Origin: a virus
Taxonomy: Duplodnaviria > Caudoviricetes
IMG/VR virus record: IMGVR_UViG_3300008219_003648
Location: 1 to 52,636 of that record
Direction: 5' to 3' (one strand)
Length of the DNA: 52,636 bases
The position numbers were made by a program, and so were the translations under genes. The notes under the pieces were generated by a model. That model ran no database searches, was not told the DNA's origin, and saw only the letters and a program-made list of their open reading frames with translations. Positions 38,275 to 48,867 of this stretch are shown piece after piece (positions within the stretch are counted from its first letter, which is position 1; each line of letters starts with the position of its first letter).

Positions 38275-39283
38275 CGCTACCCCAATGGCCGTTAGGTCTA
38301 TATTACGGCGTCAACAGCGACAAGAGCCGCTGAATATATTGACATTTTGTACCCATGAAAGATATGAACAAAAACTGTGTCAAACGGGTCACAATTTTTA
38401 TTCAATCAACTATGGTAAAGAATGGGATACTGATTATGGTGACATTCCTGAAAATTATTACGTTATAAACGAAGTACCGTCTTACATAAATTTTGATTTG
38501 ATTTTATGTCATACCGCTTGTGATAGACTTCGTGTATCACATAATATTAAAAATGATTTTAATATACCCATACTGCTCCATATGCACGTACTACCAGACA
38601 TAAGAAACGATGTGGCTACACAGGTAAATCAGTTTCAAATCGCTACTGCTAATGTAGACCAAAAGAGTTTTATTTCTGAATTTAGTATGAAGGCATGGGG
38701 ATCTACTGTACAGGATGCGACATTTATTGAACATGGCGTAGAGACAGACTTTTGGTCTGTTGACACAGAAATAGAACGTGATAATGCTTGTTTGTCGGTT
38801 GTAAATGATTGGCCTAATAGAGATTGGTGTTGTGGTTGGGAACTATGGAAAAATACAATAGGAATTAATACTCCAGAAGCGCTTCCAGTCAAGGTGTTTG
38901 GGAAAAGTCCCGGTTTTTCAGAACCCGCTCAATCAATAGAACATCTACGGCAAATTTACCAAACGTCTAAGATATTTTATAATACCTCATTACACTCCCC
39001 AGTGCCAACATCATTGCTGGAAGCCATGGCGTGCGGATGTGCAGTAGTATCAACAGCTACATGCATGATTCCCGAAATTATAGAACATGAGAAAAATGGT
39101 TTTATATCTAACGATCCCAATGAGCTACGGCAATTTCTAGAAGTGTTACTTAATGATGATAAATTGGCGCAACAGCTTGGCCAAGAAGCTAGAAATACCA
39201 TGGTAGAAAAATACAATCTACAAAGGCATATAGATAACTGGAACAAAATATTTTATGCAACAATTGCAGCCTATAAGGACTAA
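38264..39283 (+). CDS. GT4 glycosyltransferase
   Basis: IEHGVET, PTSLLEAMACGCAVVST, EIIEHEKNGF. Confidence 0.9.
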   Translation: MTANATPMAVRSILRRQQRQEPLNILTFCTHERYEQKLCQTGHNFYSINYGKEWDTDYGDIPENYYVINEVPSYINFDLILCHTACDRLRVSHNIKNDFNIPILLHMHVLPDIRNDVATQVNQFQIATANVDQKSFISEFSMKAWGSTVQDATFIEHGVETDFWSVDTEIERDNACLSVVNDWPNRDWCCGWELWKNTIGINTPEALPVKVFGKSPGFSEPAQSIEHLRQIYQTSKIFYNTSLHSPVPTSLLEAMACGCAVVSTATCMIPEIIEHEKNGFISNDPNELRQFLEVLLNDDKLAQQLGQEARNTMVEKYNLQRHIDNWNKIFYATIAAYKD

Positions 39284-39286
39284 CAA

Positions 39287-39709
39287 ATGAAAATATATCT
39301 ATCACCACACCAACCTAATGAAACATATAACGCATGGATTTCCAATATAGCGACTCTAGATGGACAGGTGCTAGATAGCGAAGCTACGCAAATTATTGCA
39401 TATCAATTTTTATCTATGTTCACTTATGATGAAGTTAGCCAAATTATACCGAAGATCGCTCAAAAAATGAGACTTAATTGTGAATTAACTATAGTTGAAC
39501 CTGATTTTAATTTACTAGCACAACAATATATTAGAGATGATTTCTCAATAGGTAATATCAATCAGATTATGTTTAATGGAAATTATATCAAGAGCGCCTT
39601 GAATCTAGAAGAAGTTGTTAGTTATCTTCCATCAAATTTAACTATTCATGAAAAGTCATTTAATGCATCATTGGCTCAAATGATAATCAAATGTAGGAGA
39701 GAGTCATGA
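39287..39709 (+). CDS. Hypothetical protein, possibly a degenerate methyltransferase fold
   Basis: L-x-I-x-E-PDF segment like class I MTase C-terminal strands; no glycine-rich SAM motif. Confidence 0.4.
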   Translation: MKIYLSPHQPNETYNAWISNIATLDGQVLDSEATQIIAYQFLSMFTYDEVSQIIPKIAQKMRLNCELTIVEPDFNLLAQQYIRDDFSIGNINQIMFNGNYIKSALNLEEVVSYLPSNLTIHEKSFNASLAQMIIKCRRES

Positions 39710-40482
39710 TAACTACATCGTGTAAAGGGTGTGTCTTTGCGACCTATACTGATAAACAACAATCAGGATGCCAATTGGGGCGCGCAGACAAGCTTACATA
39801 TGAAACTAATGAAGATGGCCATTATATGGTGCAACGATTTTGTAACACATATCGCCCCGAAGAATGGCTTAAAGAATTGTCACTAGATGAATATGAAAAC
39901 CGTCACGATGTGGTTCTTAATGAAACTGTTCCGCGTGTAGGGTTTTTTATAATATTTGACCCCACACACAATATAGAAGACCTAAGAATTACATTGGAAG
40001 ATATACAACGTCAAACCATACCCCCTCGATATGTGGCTGTTATAAATAGTAAAGTAGAATATAATATAGAAATTCAAGCAATCTTTAAAGAGATGTTTGA
40101 TTTTGATGTTACCATGCACCATATAGTACAAATGTCTTCTTTTCCAGAAGACCACAATCTTTTAGTAGATGAAGCATTTACGCATGCAAAAAATGGATGG
40201 TTATATATAACATATTCTCATGAGAAAATAGATAGAGATTTAGTTTCTAAAATGCATGCTCGCATTAACATCAACATGAAACCATTGGTTGTTGTTAAGC
40301 CGTACGAAGGTATTAAAGGGCTCCTATTTCAAACATCACTTTTTAAATTACTTAATGGCAATAAAACAAAAATGTATCACGATCAATCGGTTGACACTAG
40401 ATCATTTCTAGATAAAGTAGACGAAATGCCTAAAGATAATTCTAATACAGTTATTACGTGGAGTAAATTTAATGAAGCCTAA
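39706..40482 (+). CDS. Cys-rich N-terminus plus degenerate GT2-like domain
   Basis: CKGC...C...C; TLEDIQRQTIPP resembles a GT2 N-terminal segment. Confidence 0.45.
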   Translation: MITTSCKGCVFATYTDKQQSGCQLGRADKLTYETNEDGHYMVQRFCNTYRPEEWLKELSLDEYENRHDVVLNETVPRVGFFIIFDPTHNIEDLRITLEDIQRQTIPPRYVAVINSKVEYNIEIQAIFKEMFDFDVTMHHIVQMSSFPEDHNLLVDEAFTHAKNGWLYITYSHEKIDRDLVSKMHARININMKPLVVVKPYEGIKGLLFQTSLFKLLNGNKTKMYHDQSVDTRSFLDKVDEMPKDNSNTVITWSKFNEA

Positions 40483-41281
40483 TGTTGCGATAATTATAAG
40501 TAACTATAACTATAGTGCTTATGTTCTTGAAGCTATTCATAGTGCGCTAAATCAAACTTACGATGGCAATTTACAGGTGTATATGTTAGATGATGGCTCA
40601 TCTGATGATTCATGGGCTAAGATATCATCTATTACATGGGAAAATGAAGGGGATGCTGAGTGGGGGGCTGAGGAAATAGACACTAAATATTACAAGGGTG
40701 TAATCGAGAGACGACAAAAAAACAATTTATATGCCTATCGAATTGATAATTCAGGAGCAAGTACGGCTCGCAATGTAGCTATATGGGAGGCGTGGCAATG
40801 GGCTGATATATTTGGTATATTGGATGCAGATGATATGTATGAGCCAAACAAAGTGAAAATTCTAGTAGACAAACTGTTAGAGCATCCTGAAATAGGGGTG
40901 GCTTATGCTGACTATAGAATTCACAGACAGATGGATCATCATAATTACACTAAATATGAAATCAAACACCCGTATAGTAGAGAGTTGCTGCTACAAAAAT
41001 GTATCGTACATATTGGCTCTTTAATCAAAAAAGAATATCTTCAACAAGTCATATTACCGCTTAATAGCGAAATATTTGACAGTAGGTTACACGGCCCCGG
41101 TAGTCAATCCTTTATTGGGTGTACAGAGGATTATGATCTGTGGCTTCGGTTATCTAAGGTCTGCATGATGACTCATGTGCCAGAACCTTTATCTATTGTG
41201 CGCGAAACTGGCCAAAATCAATCATTGAAAATGACTACCGAAACCTTCCAGAGAAATGCGCAAATTTTACAAACGAGATAA
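40472..41281 (+). CDS. GT2 glycosyltransferase
   Basis: YNY...SALNQTY, DDGSSD, GASTARN, LDADD, EDYDLWLR. Confidence 0.93.
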   Translation: MKPNVAIIISNYNYSAYVLEAIHSALNQTYDGNLQVYMLDDGSSDDSWAKISSITWENEGDAEWGAEEIDTKYYKGVIERRQKNNLYAYRIDNSGASTARNVAIWEAWQWADIFGILDADDMYEPNKVKILVDKLLEHPEIGVAYADYRIHRQMDHHNYTKYEIKHPYSRELLLQKCIVHIGSLIKKEYLQQVILPLNSEIFDSRLHGPGSQSFIGCTEDYDLWLRLSKVCMMTHVPEPLSIVRETGQNQSLKMTTETFQRNAQILQTR

Positions 41282-42007
41282 ATGACTAGATTCACAAAAA
41301 AAATTACCGAACCTCCAGTTACTACTTTGCATAATAGTATAGCTATTATCATTTTGTCGGCTGGAGTTGGCAATAGAATTAAATCATACGAACCTAGAAG
41401 CTTACTAAAAATTGGACAAACCACTTTAATTGATCACCAGCTTTCTGTTTTAAATAACTCATTTCATTTTCCAGAAATAATCGGAGTGTTTGGTTATTTA
41501 GTCGAAAAAGTAGTTAAAAAGGTTCGAGGTAAAATACGCATAATAGAAAATCAAATATACCAAGAAACTAATACAGCAGAAAGCCTCAGACTAGCATTTA
41601 ACAGCACCACCAAAAATGATCTATTATTTTTTCATGGTGACCTATATTTTAACCTTGGTACATTACAAGGATTAGATTATAGTAAATCATTTTTATTGAT
41701 TGACAATAAACAGCAATTGCACGATAAAGAAGTGGGAGTCACGGTATGTGATAACAAAGCTACTATATTGTCATACGGCCTTCCTACTAAGTGGTGCCAA
41801 ATAGCATATATTACTGGTAAAGAATTTAAAATATTGAAACATATATTTCAAAAATTTAATAACAATCAAAAAAAAATGCTCGTTTTTGAAATTATAAACC
41901 AAATGATTGCAATGGGTGCGGTTTTTCATTGCTACGAACCTAAAAAGATGTCTATTGTGGAAATAGACTGCATAAAGGATATCAATTATGAAAATTTTAA
42001 TAAGTAG
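41282..42007 (+). CDS. Sugar/choline-phosphate nucleotidyltransferase-like (LicC family)
   Basis: IILSAGVGNRI, PRSLL, ETNTAESL, HGDL, EID. Confidence 0.8.
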   Translation: MTRFTKKITEPPVTTLHNSIAIIILSAGVGNRIKSYEPRSLLKIGQTTLIDHQLSVLNNSFHFPEIIGVFGYLVEKVVKKVRGKIRIIENQIYQETNTAESLRLAFNSTTKNDLLFFHGDLYFNLGTLQGLDYSKSFLLIDNKQQLHDKEVGVTVCDNKATILSYGLPTKWCQIAYITGKEFKILKHIFQKFNNNQKKMLVFEIINQMIAMGAVFHCYEPKKMSIVEIDCIKDINYENFNK

Positions 42008-43028
42008 TGACGGAAAGCATGCGCACTACTATCAAAGAATGGCGTGGGCCACAGCGCTTACCAAGGCGGATTTTCAGGTAAGTATGTGGGATTGCAAAAG
42101 CGTTCCAGCTTTTGATGTATTTGATGCATTTGAGCCCGATATATTTTTAGGACAATCATATAATCTCGATACATCGTTATTAAAATGTATATACGAACGA
42201 CCTCATATAAAAGTAGGCTTACGAGTTGGTGACTGGGGTGATCATGAAGACATGGTAGATAAAACAAAATATAACATATTGTATTGCTCTCAAAAGGAAA
42301 AAGATGTTCTCAAAAAGCTCAAAGAAGAAACCGGTAAACCAGACTTTGTACATATTCATTATGACGAAAATGCTGTTAAGATCACCCATAACCATTTTGA
42401 ATCAATAGGAATAAAACCAATCTCATTAATGATGTGTGCTGACACCACAGCTTACAGTAGTGCTCAATATGACCCTAAGCTAGAATGTGATATAGGTTTT
42501 GTGGGAGGTTATTGGCCCTATAAAGGACTTGTTATAGACCAATATCTAACACCACTTTTAGATCCCCCTAATTATAAAGTTAAGATTTTTGGTAATCAAG
42601 TGTGGCCTGTTAATCAATACTGTGGCCTCTTATCAGACAACGATGTCAAAAACCTATTTGTATCTGCTAGAATATGTCCCAATCTCAGTGAGCCTCATGC
42701 CCAAGAATTTGGTATTGATGTAAATGAACGAATTTTTAAAATATTATATGCGGGAGGTTTTTGTATTTCAGATAAGGTGGATTCTTATAAAATGTTTGGA
42801 GATGGTTTGGTAATTGTTAACAGTCCAGAAGATTTCAGAGATAAAATAGATCACTATTTAGCCAATCCATCTGAACGATACAAAATTGCAGAAGTTGGCC
42901 AAAAACATGTTACAGAAAACCACACAGGATTTCACAGGAGCGCTCAAATCATGAATGCGTTTGATTTGACTAATTTATCAGAACGCATAATGAATCAATA
43001 TGAGGAAACAGTAAATGTCACAATCTAA
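41988..43028 (+). CDS. CgeB/Glyco_trans_1_2-like GT-B glycosyltransferase
   Basis: DIGFVG, ICPN, NERIFKI...GGFCISD, ER.KIAE.G. Confidence 0.8.
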   Translation: MKILISSDGKHAHYYQRMAWATALTKADFQVSMWDCKSVPAFDVFDAFEPDIFLGQSYNLDTSLLKCIYERPHIKVGLRVGDWGDHEDMVDKTKYNILYCSQKEKDVLKKLKEETGKPDFVHIHYDENAVKITHNHFESIGIKPISLMMCADTTAYSSAQYDPKLECDIGFVGGYWPYKGLVIDQYLTPLLDPPNYKVKIFGNQVWPVNQYCGLLSDNDVKNLFVSARICPNLSEPHAQEFGIDVNERIFKILYAGGFCISDKVDSYKMFGDGLVIVNSPEDFRDKIDHYLANPSERYKIAEVGQKHVTENHTGFHRSAQIMNAFDLTNLSERIMNQYEETVNVTI

Positions 43029-43977
43029 GGTTTTAGTTACAGGTGGAAAAGGTTTTTTAGGAAAATCTTTATGCGCGCTATTGAGACAAAATCAATCCTA
43101 TAATGTAATAGCCTTATCCGGTAAATCTCAGTGGGATCTAACTAACCAACGTTATGTCGATTATATGTTACAAGAGTTTACTCCTGATGTAGTGATACAC
43201 TTAGCCGCCAGAGTAGGAGGTATTGGAGCCAACAAAAAAAATCCCGGACTCTTTATGTATGAAAATTTGGCTATGGGTATGAATCTTATTGAGTCTTGTA
43301 GAAAATATGGCAAACTAAAAAAGTTTATTATGGTTGGTACCGTTTGCGCATATCCTAAGTTTACTGAGGTGCCTTTTAAGGAAACAGATATATGGAATGG
43401 TTATCCAGAAGAAACAAATGCTCCCTATGGAATAGCTAAAAAGGCTCTTATGGAGCTATTAATAGCCTATAACAAACAATACGATTTTCAGTGTACTAAC
43501 CTTATACCAGTAAATATGTATGGACCCAACGATAATTTTGATCCCAATATAAGTCATGTAATTCCAGCACTGATTTTAAAGTTTGCTAAAGCCATACAAA
43601 ACCACCATAAGCCAGTTGAAATATGGGGTACTGGAAAAGCTAGTCGTGAATTTTTGTATGTAGATGATTGTGCTCATGCCATATCTCAGGCAATTGAACT
43701 ACACACAACACCACAACCAATTAATGTGGGTACAGGCGATGAGGTTACCATTAGAACATTAGCACACTATATTAGTAGAATAATGGAATATAAAGGTGAT
43801 ATATATTTTAACTCTCAGCACCCAGACGGGCAGCCTCGAAGATGTTTAGATACGTCGGTTGCCAAAGAGACACTTAAATTTACAGCTTCTACAGGTTTAG
43901 AAACAGGATTACAAAACACCGTAACATGGTTCAATAGAAACAAGGATAGATTCGTTGATTACTTCGATCATATTTAG
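43015..43977 (+). CDS. fcl: GDP-L-fucose synthase (Fcl/WcaG)
   Basis: TGGKGFLG, LAARVGGIGAN, GTVCAYPK, YGIAKK, NMYGPNDNF, SHVIPALI, WGTGKASREFLYVDD, PDGQPR. Confidence 0.95.
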   Translation: MSQSKVLVTGGKGFLGKSLCALLRQNQSYNVIALSGKSQWDLTNQRYVDYMLQEFTPDVVIHLAARVGGIGANKKNPGLFMYENLAMGMNLIESCRKYGKLKKFIMVGTVCAYPKFTEVPFKETDIWNGYPEETNAPYGIAKKALMELLIAYNKQYDFQCTNLIPVNMYGPNDNFDPNISHVIPALILKFAKAIQNHHKPVEIWGTGKASREFLYVDDCAHAISQAIELHTTPQPINVGTGDEVTIRTLAHYISRIMEYKGDIYFNSQHPDGQPRRCLDTSVAKETLKFTASTGLETGLQNTVTWFNRNKDRFVDYFDHI

Positions 43978-44800
43978 TAAAGACCGTCCAGCTCAGCTGG
44001 ATTTATGTCTCAATAGTATCAAAAAGAATTTTGCAGATTCTAATAGAAATATTGTGTTATACAACAACACTAAAGATTTTATAGAAGCCCATAAGATATT
44101 ACAAAGTGAACATAAGGATGTAGACTTTTGGCCACAAGGGTTATCTTTATTTAAAGATCTGTATGCCACTATTGCAAGCTCTGATAATGATTATATTTGC
44201 TTTTTTACTGACGATGATATAGTATACCAACCAGTAAAAACAATTGACTATAATTCAATTCTACAAAATGACCACATCGCTTGCCTATCTCTAAGAATGG
44301 GTTTGAATATCTCTGAAAGATCTCACGATGGTGTTGTGGGACAAGACACACCAGCAGCATATCATGAATATGATGATATTATCTTATGGTCAAAAACAGC
44401 CAACACATACGGGTCCTATTGGTCATATTCTTTATCAGTAGATGGTCATATATTTAGAAAAAATGAAATATTAGACATGATAGATGAATTATGTTGCTTA
44501 GCAGATCGCTATCATTGGGATCAAACACCTAACGCACTAGAAGGGGCGCTTCAAAGGTTTTGGACAATCTCCCCGAACACGATGGCATCATTTAAGAATA
44601 GTGTGGTAGTCAATAGCCCGAATAACCGTGTACAGGAAAGTCATCTCAATAGATCAGGTGATAAGTATAGCGCCGATAGCAATTTCCTGCTGGGGAAGTA
44701 TTTGGCAGGACAAAGGATTAAGTTGGAATATTTAAATTTTGATAATATAAAATGTCCACATACAGAAATTGATCTCATGTTAGGTTTGTATGACAAATAA
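43955..44800 (+). CDS. GT-A (GT2-like) glycosyltransferase
   Basis: IIFSKDRPAQL, FFTDDD. Confidence 0.7.
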   Translation: MITSIIFSKDRPAQLDLCLNSIKKNFADSNRNIVLYNNTKDFIEAHKILQSEHKDVDFWPQGLSLFKDLYATIASSDNDYICFFTDDDIVYQPVKTIDYNSILQNDHIACLSLRMGLNISERSHDGVVGQDTPAAYHEYDDIILWSKTANTYGSYWSYSLSVDGHIFRKNEILDMIDELCCLADRYHWDQTPNALEGALQRFWTISPNTMASFKNSVVVNSPNNRVQESHLNRSGDKYSADSNFLLGKYLAGQRIKLEYLNFDNIKCPHTEIDLMLGLYDK

Positions 44801-45773
44801 TATTTGGCATTTCAGCACACTTAGTGACCATAATTATATTATTAATGGTTTGTGTCTATATGACTCATTAGTAGAAAAGTCCTCGCAAGACTTTATGCTG
44901 CATTATTTATGTATGGATCAATATACTTATGATACGTTAAACTCATTACAGCTGTCACACTTAAAAACATATACACTAGAAGATATTGCCACTGATCCCG
45001 AATTTGTAACCCTTAAAGAAAATAATGCTTGCCGCCCTATAGATAGGCATGCTGGTGTAGAAGGATCGGATCAATCAGATTTTCACTTTGCGCTTGCGTC
45101 CTTTTTTTCTTATTTCTTATTAAATCAACAAAATCTTCCCCATATATTATATATAGATTCAGATATAATATTCTATCATGACCCTAAAAGTATATTTACC
45201 TCAGTACAAAATAAGAGTATTGGGCTCATTGCTCACCGACATATGAAGATGGACAAAGCAAACCGAAATCCGGGATATTATAATGTAGGTGTTATTTATT
45301 TTCAAAACAATGAAGTGGGTAAAAACTGTCTAAAATTTTGGAGAGACTGCTGTATATATCCTAATAATCAATACTCTCAGATTTTTGGTGCTTGTGGTGA
45401 TCAAAAATACCTAGAGCTGTTTGAGGATTTTTTTGCTAGTGATCAAATCCACATCATGGATTTTGATATAGGGCACGGTGCCCCGTGGAATTTTACCATG
45501 TTTGAATTTCTAGATAATCACAGAATTGTGTGGCATGATCCTGAAGGTAATGTATTATTATGTGGAGAAAAACGAACTCAAGACTTGATTTTTAGTCACT
45601 TTAGTCACTTTGTACCCGATTACGATAATATGAAATTTCGATTCGATAGAGCTGGCGAATGGGGTCCACAGCTACCTCATCATCCGGGTGTCATGGATAT
45701 TTATATAAAATATTTTCAAGCACTCCTCCACACAAGAAAAAAATACTCTCTTACAAAAGGATTTTCTCTATGA
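44790..45773 (+). CDS. GT-A (GT8-like) glycosyltransferase
   Basis: LYIDSDIIF, YNVGVI, GDQKYLE, APWN. Confidence 0.75.
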   Translation: MTNNIWHFSTLSDHNYIINGLCLYDSLVEKSSQDFMLHYLCMDQYTYDTLNSLQLSHLKTYTLEDIATDPEFVTLKENNACRPIDRHAGVEGSDQSDFHFALASFFSYFLLNQQNLPHILYIDSDIIFYHDPKSIFTSVQNKSIGLIAHRHMKMDKANRNPGYYNVGVIYFQNNEVGKNCLKFWRDCCIYPNNQYSQIFGACGDQKYLELFEDFFASDQIHIMDFDIGHGAPWNFTMFEFLDNHRIVWHDPEGNVLLCGEKRTQDLIFSHFSHFVPDYDNMKFRFDRAGEWGPQLPHHPGVMDIYIKYFQALLHTRKKYSLTKGFSL

Positions 45774-46564
45774 GATATGAGGCTATAGGAAGCGTACAAT
45801 GGGAAGCTAAAGATCTAATTAATTCTCTAGAAGATTTTTTGCAAATATATGCATATCGCCCCATTCGTGATAATGAGGGAGGAATGACTTCTTCTCACAT
45901 GTTTGCTACATGGTTTTTATGTAAACAACTTAATCCCCAATATATTATTGAAAGTGGTGTATGGAAAGGGCAAAGTTCTTGGTTATTGGAAACGGCGTGC
46001 CCAGATGCAAAAATTATATCCATTGATCCAGATCTTCAAATTCGACAATATATATCACCTCGCATACAATATGCAGTTACAGATTTTAATAATACGAATT
46101 GGGATTCAATAAACAAGAATGAGACACTATGTTTTTTCGATGATCATTATGGAGTCGATAGAGTAAAGCAAGCTGCGCAACACGGCTTTAAGCACATCTT
46201 GTATGAAGATAATTATCACGATGGCAGAGGTAATAGTTATCATCCCTCCTATGGGCATATTGCTAACATGGAACCTTTAACCGAAGGTGAGCGATCATAT
46301 TCCCCCAAAGCATCGTTTTTACTAAATACTAAAGATGCACAATGGCTACAAGATAACATAGAAATATATTATGAATTTCCCCCCATATATTCATCTGTAG
46401 ATTCTGATCGTGGTTATGGGTGGGCCAAAATAAGCAGAGAACAATATTTAGATATTACACCCCCTCCTTTATTTAGTACATATCATCCCCGGTTCGACAT
46501 TTATTATAAAGAAGCGCCAGATTATACATGGATAACTTATATTAAGTTAAAGGAGACTCTATGA
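45770..46564 (+). CDS. Class I SAM-methyltransferase-like protein
   Basis: IIESGVWKGQSS, IISID, FFDDH; ATG 45770 overlaps the previous stop. Confidence 0.6.
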   Translation: MRYEAIGSVQWEAKDLINSLEDFLQIYAYRPIRDNEGGMTSSHMFATWFLCKQLNPQYIIESGVWKGQSSWLLETACPDAKIISIDPDLQIRQYISPRIQYAVTDFNNTNWDSINKNETLCFFDDHYGVDRVKQAAQHGFKHILYEDNYHDGRGNSYHPSYGHIANMEPLTEGERSYSPKASFLLNTKDAQWLQDNIEIYYEFPPIYSSVDSDRGYGWAKISREQYLDITPPPLFSTYHPRFDIYYKEAPDYTWITYIKLKETL

Positions 46565-47382
46565 ATCTTCCCGTTATTTTTATGCATACTGGATATCAGG
46601 ATTACTTGGCACAAAGTATACAGCAATCTCAACTATGGGACAACAAGGTTATATTGCTGGGAGATGACTCGAATAAAAAGGCGCATGTAGAGCATCATTT
46701 TATGTCTGATTATATGGATGGTACACAAAAGTTTTCTGATAATTACCAACATATGACATCTGGAAATTTTGAATTTGAGCTTTTTTGTTACAACAGATGG
46801 TTAATATTGTCTAATTTTGCCGAACGGCACTCAATAGAAAAATTGGTATATCTTGATTCAGATGTGGCTACGTTTTGTAATTTTTCCGACAAAGAAAATC
46901 TATTAGACGAAAAAAATATTGCCAGAGTATGTATGATGGACAATCAAGCAAATTATAGATGGTGTGCAGCAGCTTGTATTTCTTACTGGAGTCTGAGGGG
47001 GCTCAATACCTTTAAACAATTTCTTTTAGAAGCATACACCAAACACGTCGACAGGCTACAAGAGAAATGGCAATATCATCAAGACCATGATAAAGCTGGA
47101 GGGGTTTGCGATATGACCGCAACTTATTTATTTGTGAAAGATAATGAACTAGAACCCCTGAATAAGGTATTAGAAGATGATAGCACATTTGACCAAAGTA
47201 TGATGAGCGCTGACAATTATTTTGATAATGAATATGCTATGGACCCTCGGGGATTTAAAAAGCTAACATTCAGAGGCAATATACCGTATGCGTATAATAC
47301 TATTTTAAACAAGGAAATCAAAATGAATGCTATTCACACAAATAACAAACAGCTTTTAACAGCCCTAATAGGGAGAAATTGA
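46561..47382 (+). CDS. GT-A-like glycosyltransferase
   Basis: FELFCYNRW, YLDSDV (DxD), VCDMT. Confidence 0.65.
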   Translation: MNLPVIFMHTGYQDYLAQSIQQSQLWDNKVILLGDDSNKKAHVEHHFMSDYMDGTQKFSDNYQHMTSGNFEFELFCYNRWLILSNFAERHSIEKLVYLDSDVATFCNFSDKENLLDEKNIARVCMMDNQANYRWCAAACISYWSLRGLNTFKQFLLEAYTKHVDRLQEKWQYHQDHDKAGGVCDMTATYLFVKDNELEPLNKVLEDDSTFDQSMMSADNYFDNEYAMDPRGFKKLTFRGNIPYAYNTILNKEIKMNAIHTNNKQLLTALIGRN

Positions 47383-47383
47383 T

Positions 47384-48274
47384 ATGAAAATAGCATTTGG
47401 TATAATAGTTTTCAATGGTAATTATGTGCTTCAAGAAACCATTGACTCTGTGTACCCCTTTGCTCACCAAATTTTAATTGCGGAGGGACCAGTTAAATTT
47501 TGGCAAGAACAAGGTTACTCATCATCTAGTGATGGCACTAATGAAATCATAGACAGCATATACGATCCAGATAATAAAATTCAAGTTATACATAGTCAGT
47601 ACGACGAAAAGGATGATCAATGTAATGCCTATATGCAATTCCTTAAGGAAGATAATGATTATATTTGGAATCTAGATTGTGACGAGGTATTCAAGCCAAG
47701 CGACATGGATACAGTTATAGGTTTATTAGAGCAAGAACAATATACTTCTGTGGGCTTCAAGAGTCTTACTTTTTATGGGGGTTTTGATAGATATCTTAGT
47801 GGATTTGAAGAAAGGGCAGAATTTTTAAGGGTTAGAAAGATATATCCGGGATCTTACTGGTCTACACATAGACCTCCTACAATTGCTCACCGTGCGCCAG
47901 ACCCATTAACTGGAGAACCATATCCAGAAAAACATCTAGATTTTAATGATCTAGCCGATAACTATGGAATAAGAATGTACCATTATTCCTATGTATTTCC
48001 TGATCAGGTATTTCAAAAGATAAAATATTACAAACAAAAAGTAAGTAAGGATAATTGTATCGACAATTATTTTGAGGAAATTTATTTGCCATGGATGCTC
48101 ACAGATGATAAAATGTTAGTAGAACAAAAATATCAGGGGGTTCATGAATTCAAGCCAGAGTGTCGTGGTGAATGTTATACGGCTCAATTTGAAGGGACTC
48201 ATCCATTTATTATAAACCATAGCCTACAGATGTTTCAAAAAAAGATTAACTCTCAACTGGAAAAATACACATGA
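47384..48274 (+). CDS. GT2-like glycosyltransferase
   Basis: IAEG...SSDGT, WNLDCDE, HYSYV. Confidence 0.75.
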   Translation: MKIAFGIIVFNGNYVLQETIDSVYPFAHQILIAEGPVKFWQEQGYSSSSDGTNEIIDSIYDPDNKIQVIHSQYDEKDDQCNAYMQFLKEDNDYIWNLDCDEVFKPSDMDTVIGLLEQEQYTSVGFKSLTFYGGFDRYLSGFEERAEFLRVRKIYPGSYWSTHRPPTIAHRAPDPLTGEPYPEKHLDFNDLADNYGIRMYHYSYVFPDQVFQKIKYYKQKVSKDNCIDNYFEEIYLPWMLTDDKMLVEQKYQGVHEFKPECRGECYTAQFEGTHPFIINHSLQMFQKKINSQLEKYT

Positions 48275-48867
48275 ATCAACACATAGACTCTTGGAAAAAT
48301 TCGTCTAGTGCTTTTGAACAGCAATTAGAGAGAAATATACAAGAGCTTAATGGCCAATTTCCACCACACTGGATTCATTTCGTTGAGCATGTTCAAAATA
48401 CCCCTATCAACAGAATTGTGGATGTGGGGTGTGGTGCTGGGGCTTATTGCCATATCTCAACACAAATGGGAATCGAATATATGGGATATGATTATTCCCA
48501 GCACGCAATAGATTTGGCAACCAAAACATGGGGAGGTAATTTTATATGTAAAAATTATAAAGAGCTGACACCTCAAGATATACAGACAGGAGATATCATC
48601 GTGGCTAATGCTCTTTGTGAAGTACTACCGGATGGAGATAAATGCTTACGTCATTTACTGCAAATTGGGGCTAATAACTTATTGATACAAAGGGTGAGGT
48701 CTACAAATACACCCAGCTTTTCTAAAGAATATGAAGCTTACGGAATAATGACCTATGAATTTTATCACAACGCAAAGCAATTATCCTTGGATATAAACAA
48801 CAGTGGCTACAAGGTTACCTATCATAGATTATATGATGATGTGTTTGATTTGGAGATTGCTAAGTGA
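48271..48867 (+). CDS. Class I SAM-dependent methyltransferase
   Basis: IVDVGCGAG, YMGYDYS...IDLA. Confidence 0.88.
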   Translation: MNQHIDSWKNSSSAFEQQLERNIQELNGQFPPHWIHFVEHVQNTPINRIVDVGCGAGAYCHISTQMGIEYMGYDYSQHAIDLATKTWGGNFICKNYKELTPQDIQTGDIIVANALCEVLPDGDKCLRHLLQIGANNLLIQRVRSTNTPSFSKEYEAYGIMTYEFYHNAKQLSLDINNSGYKVTYHRLYDDVFDLEIAK

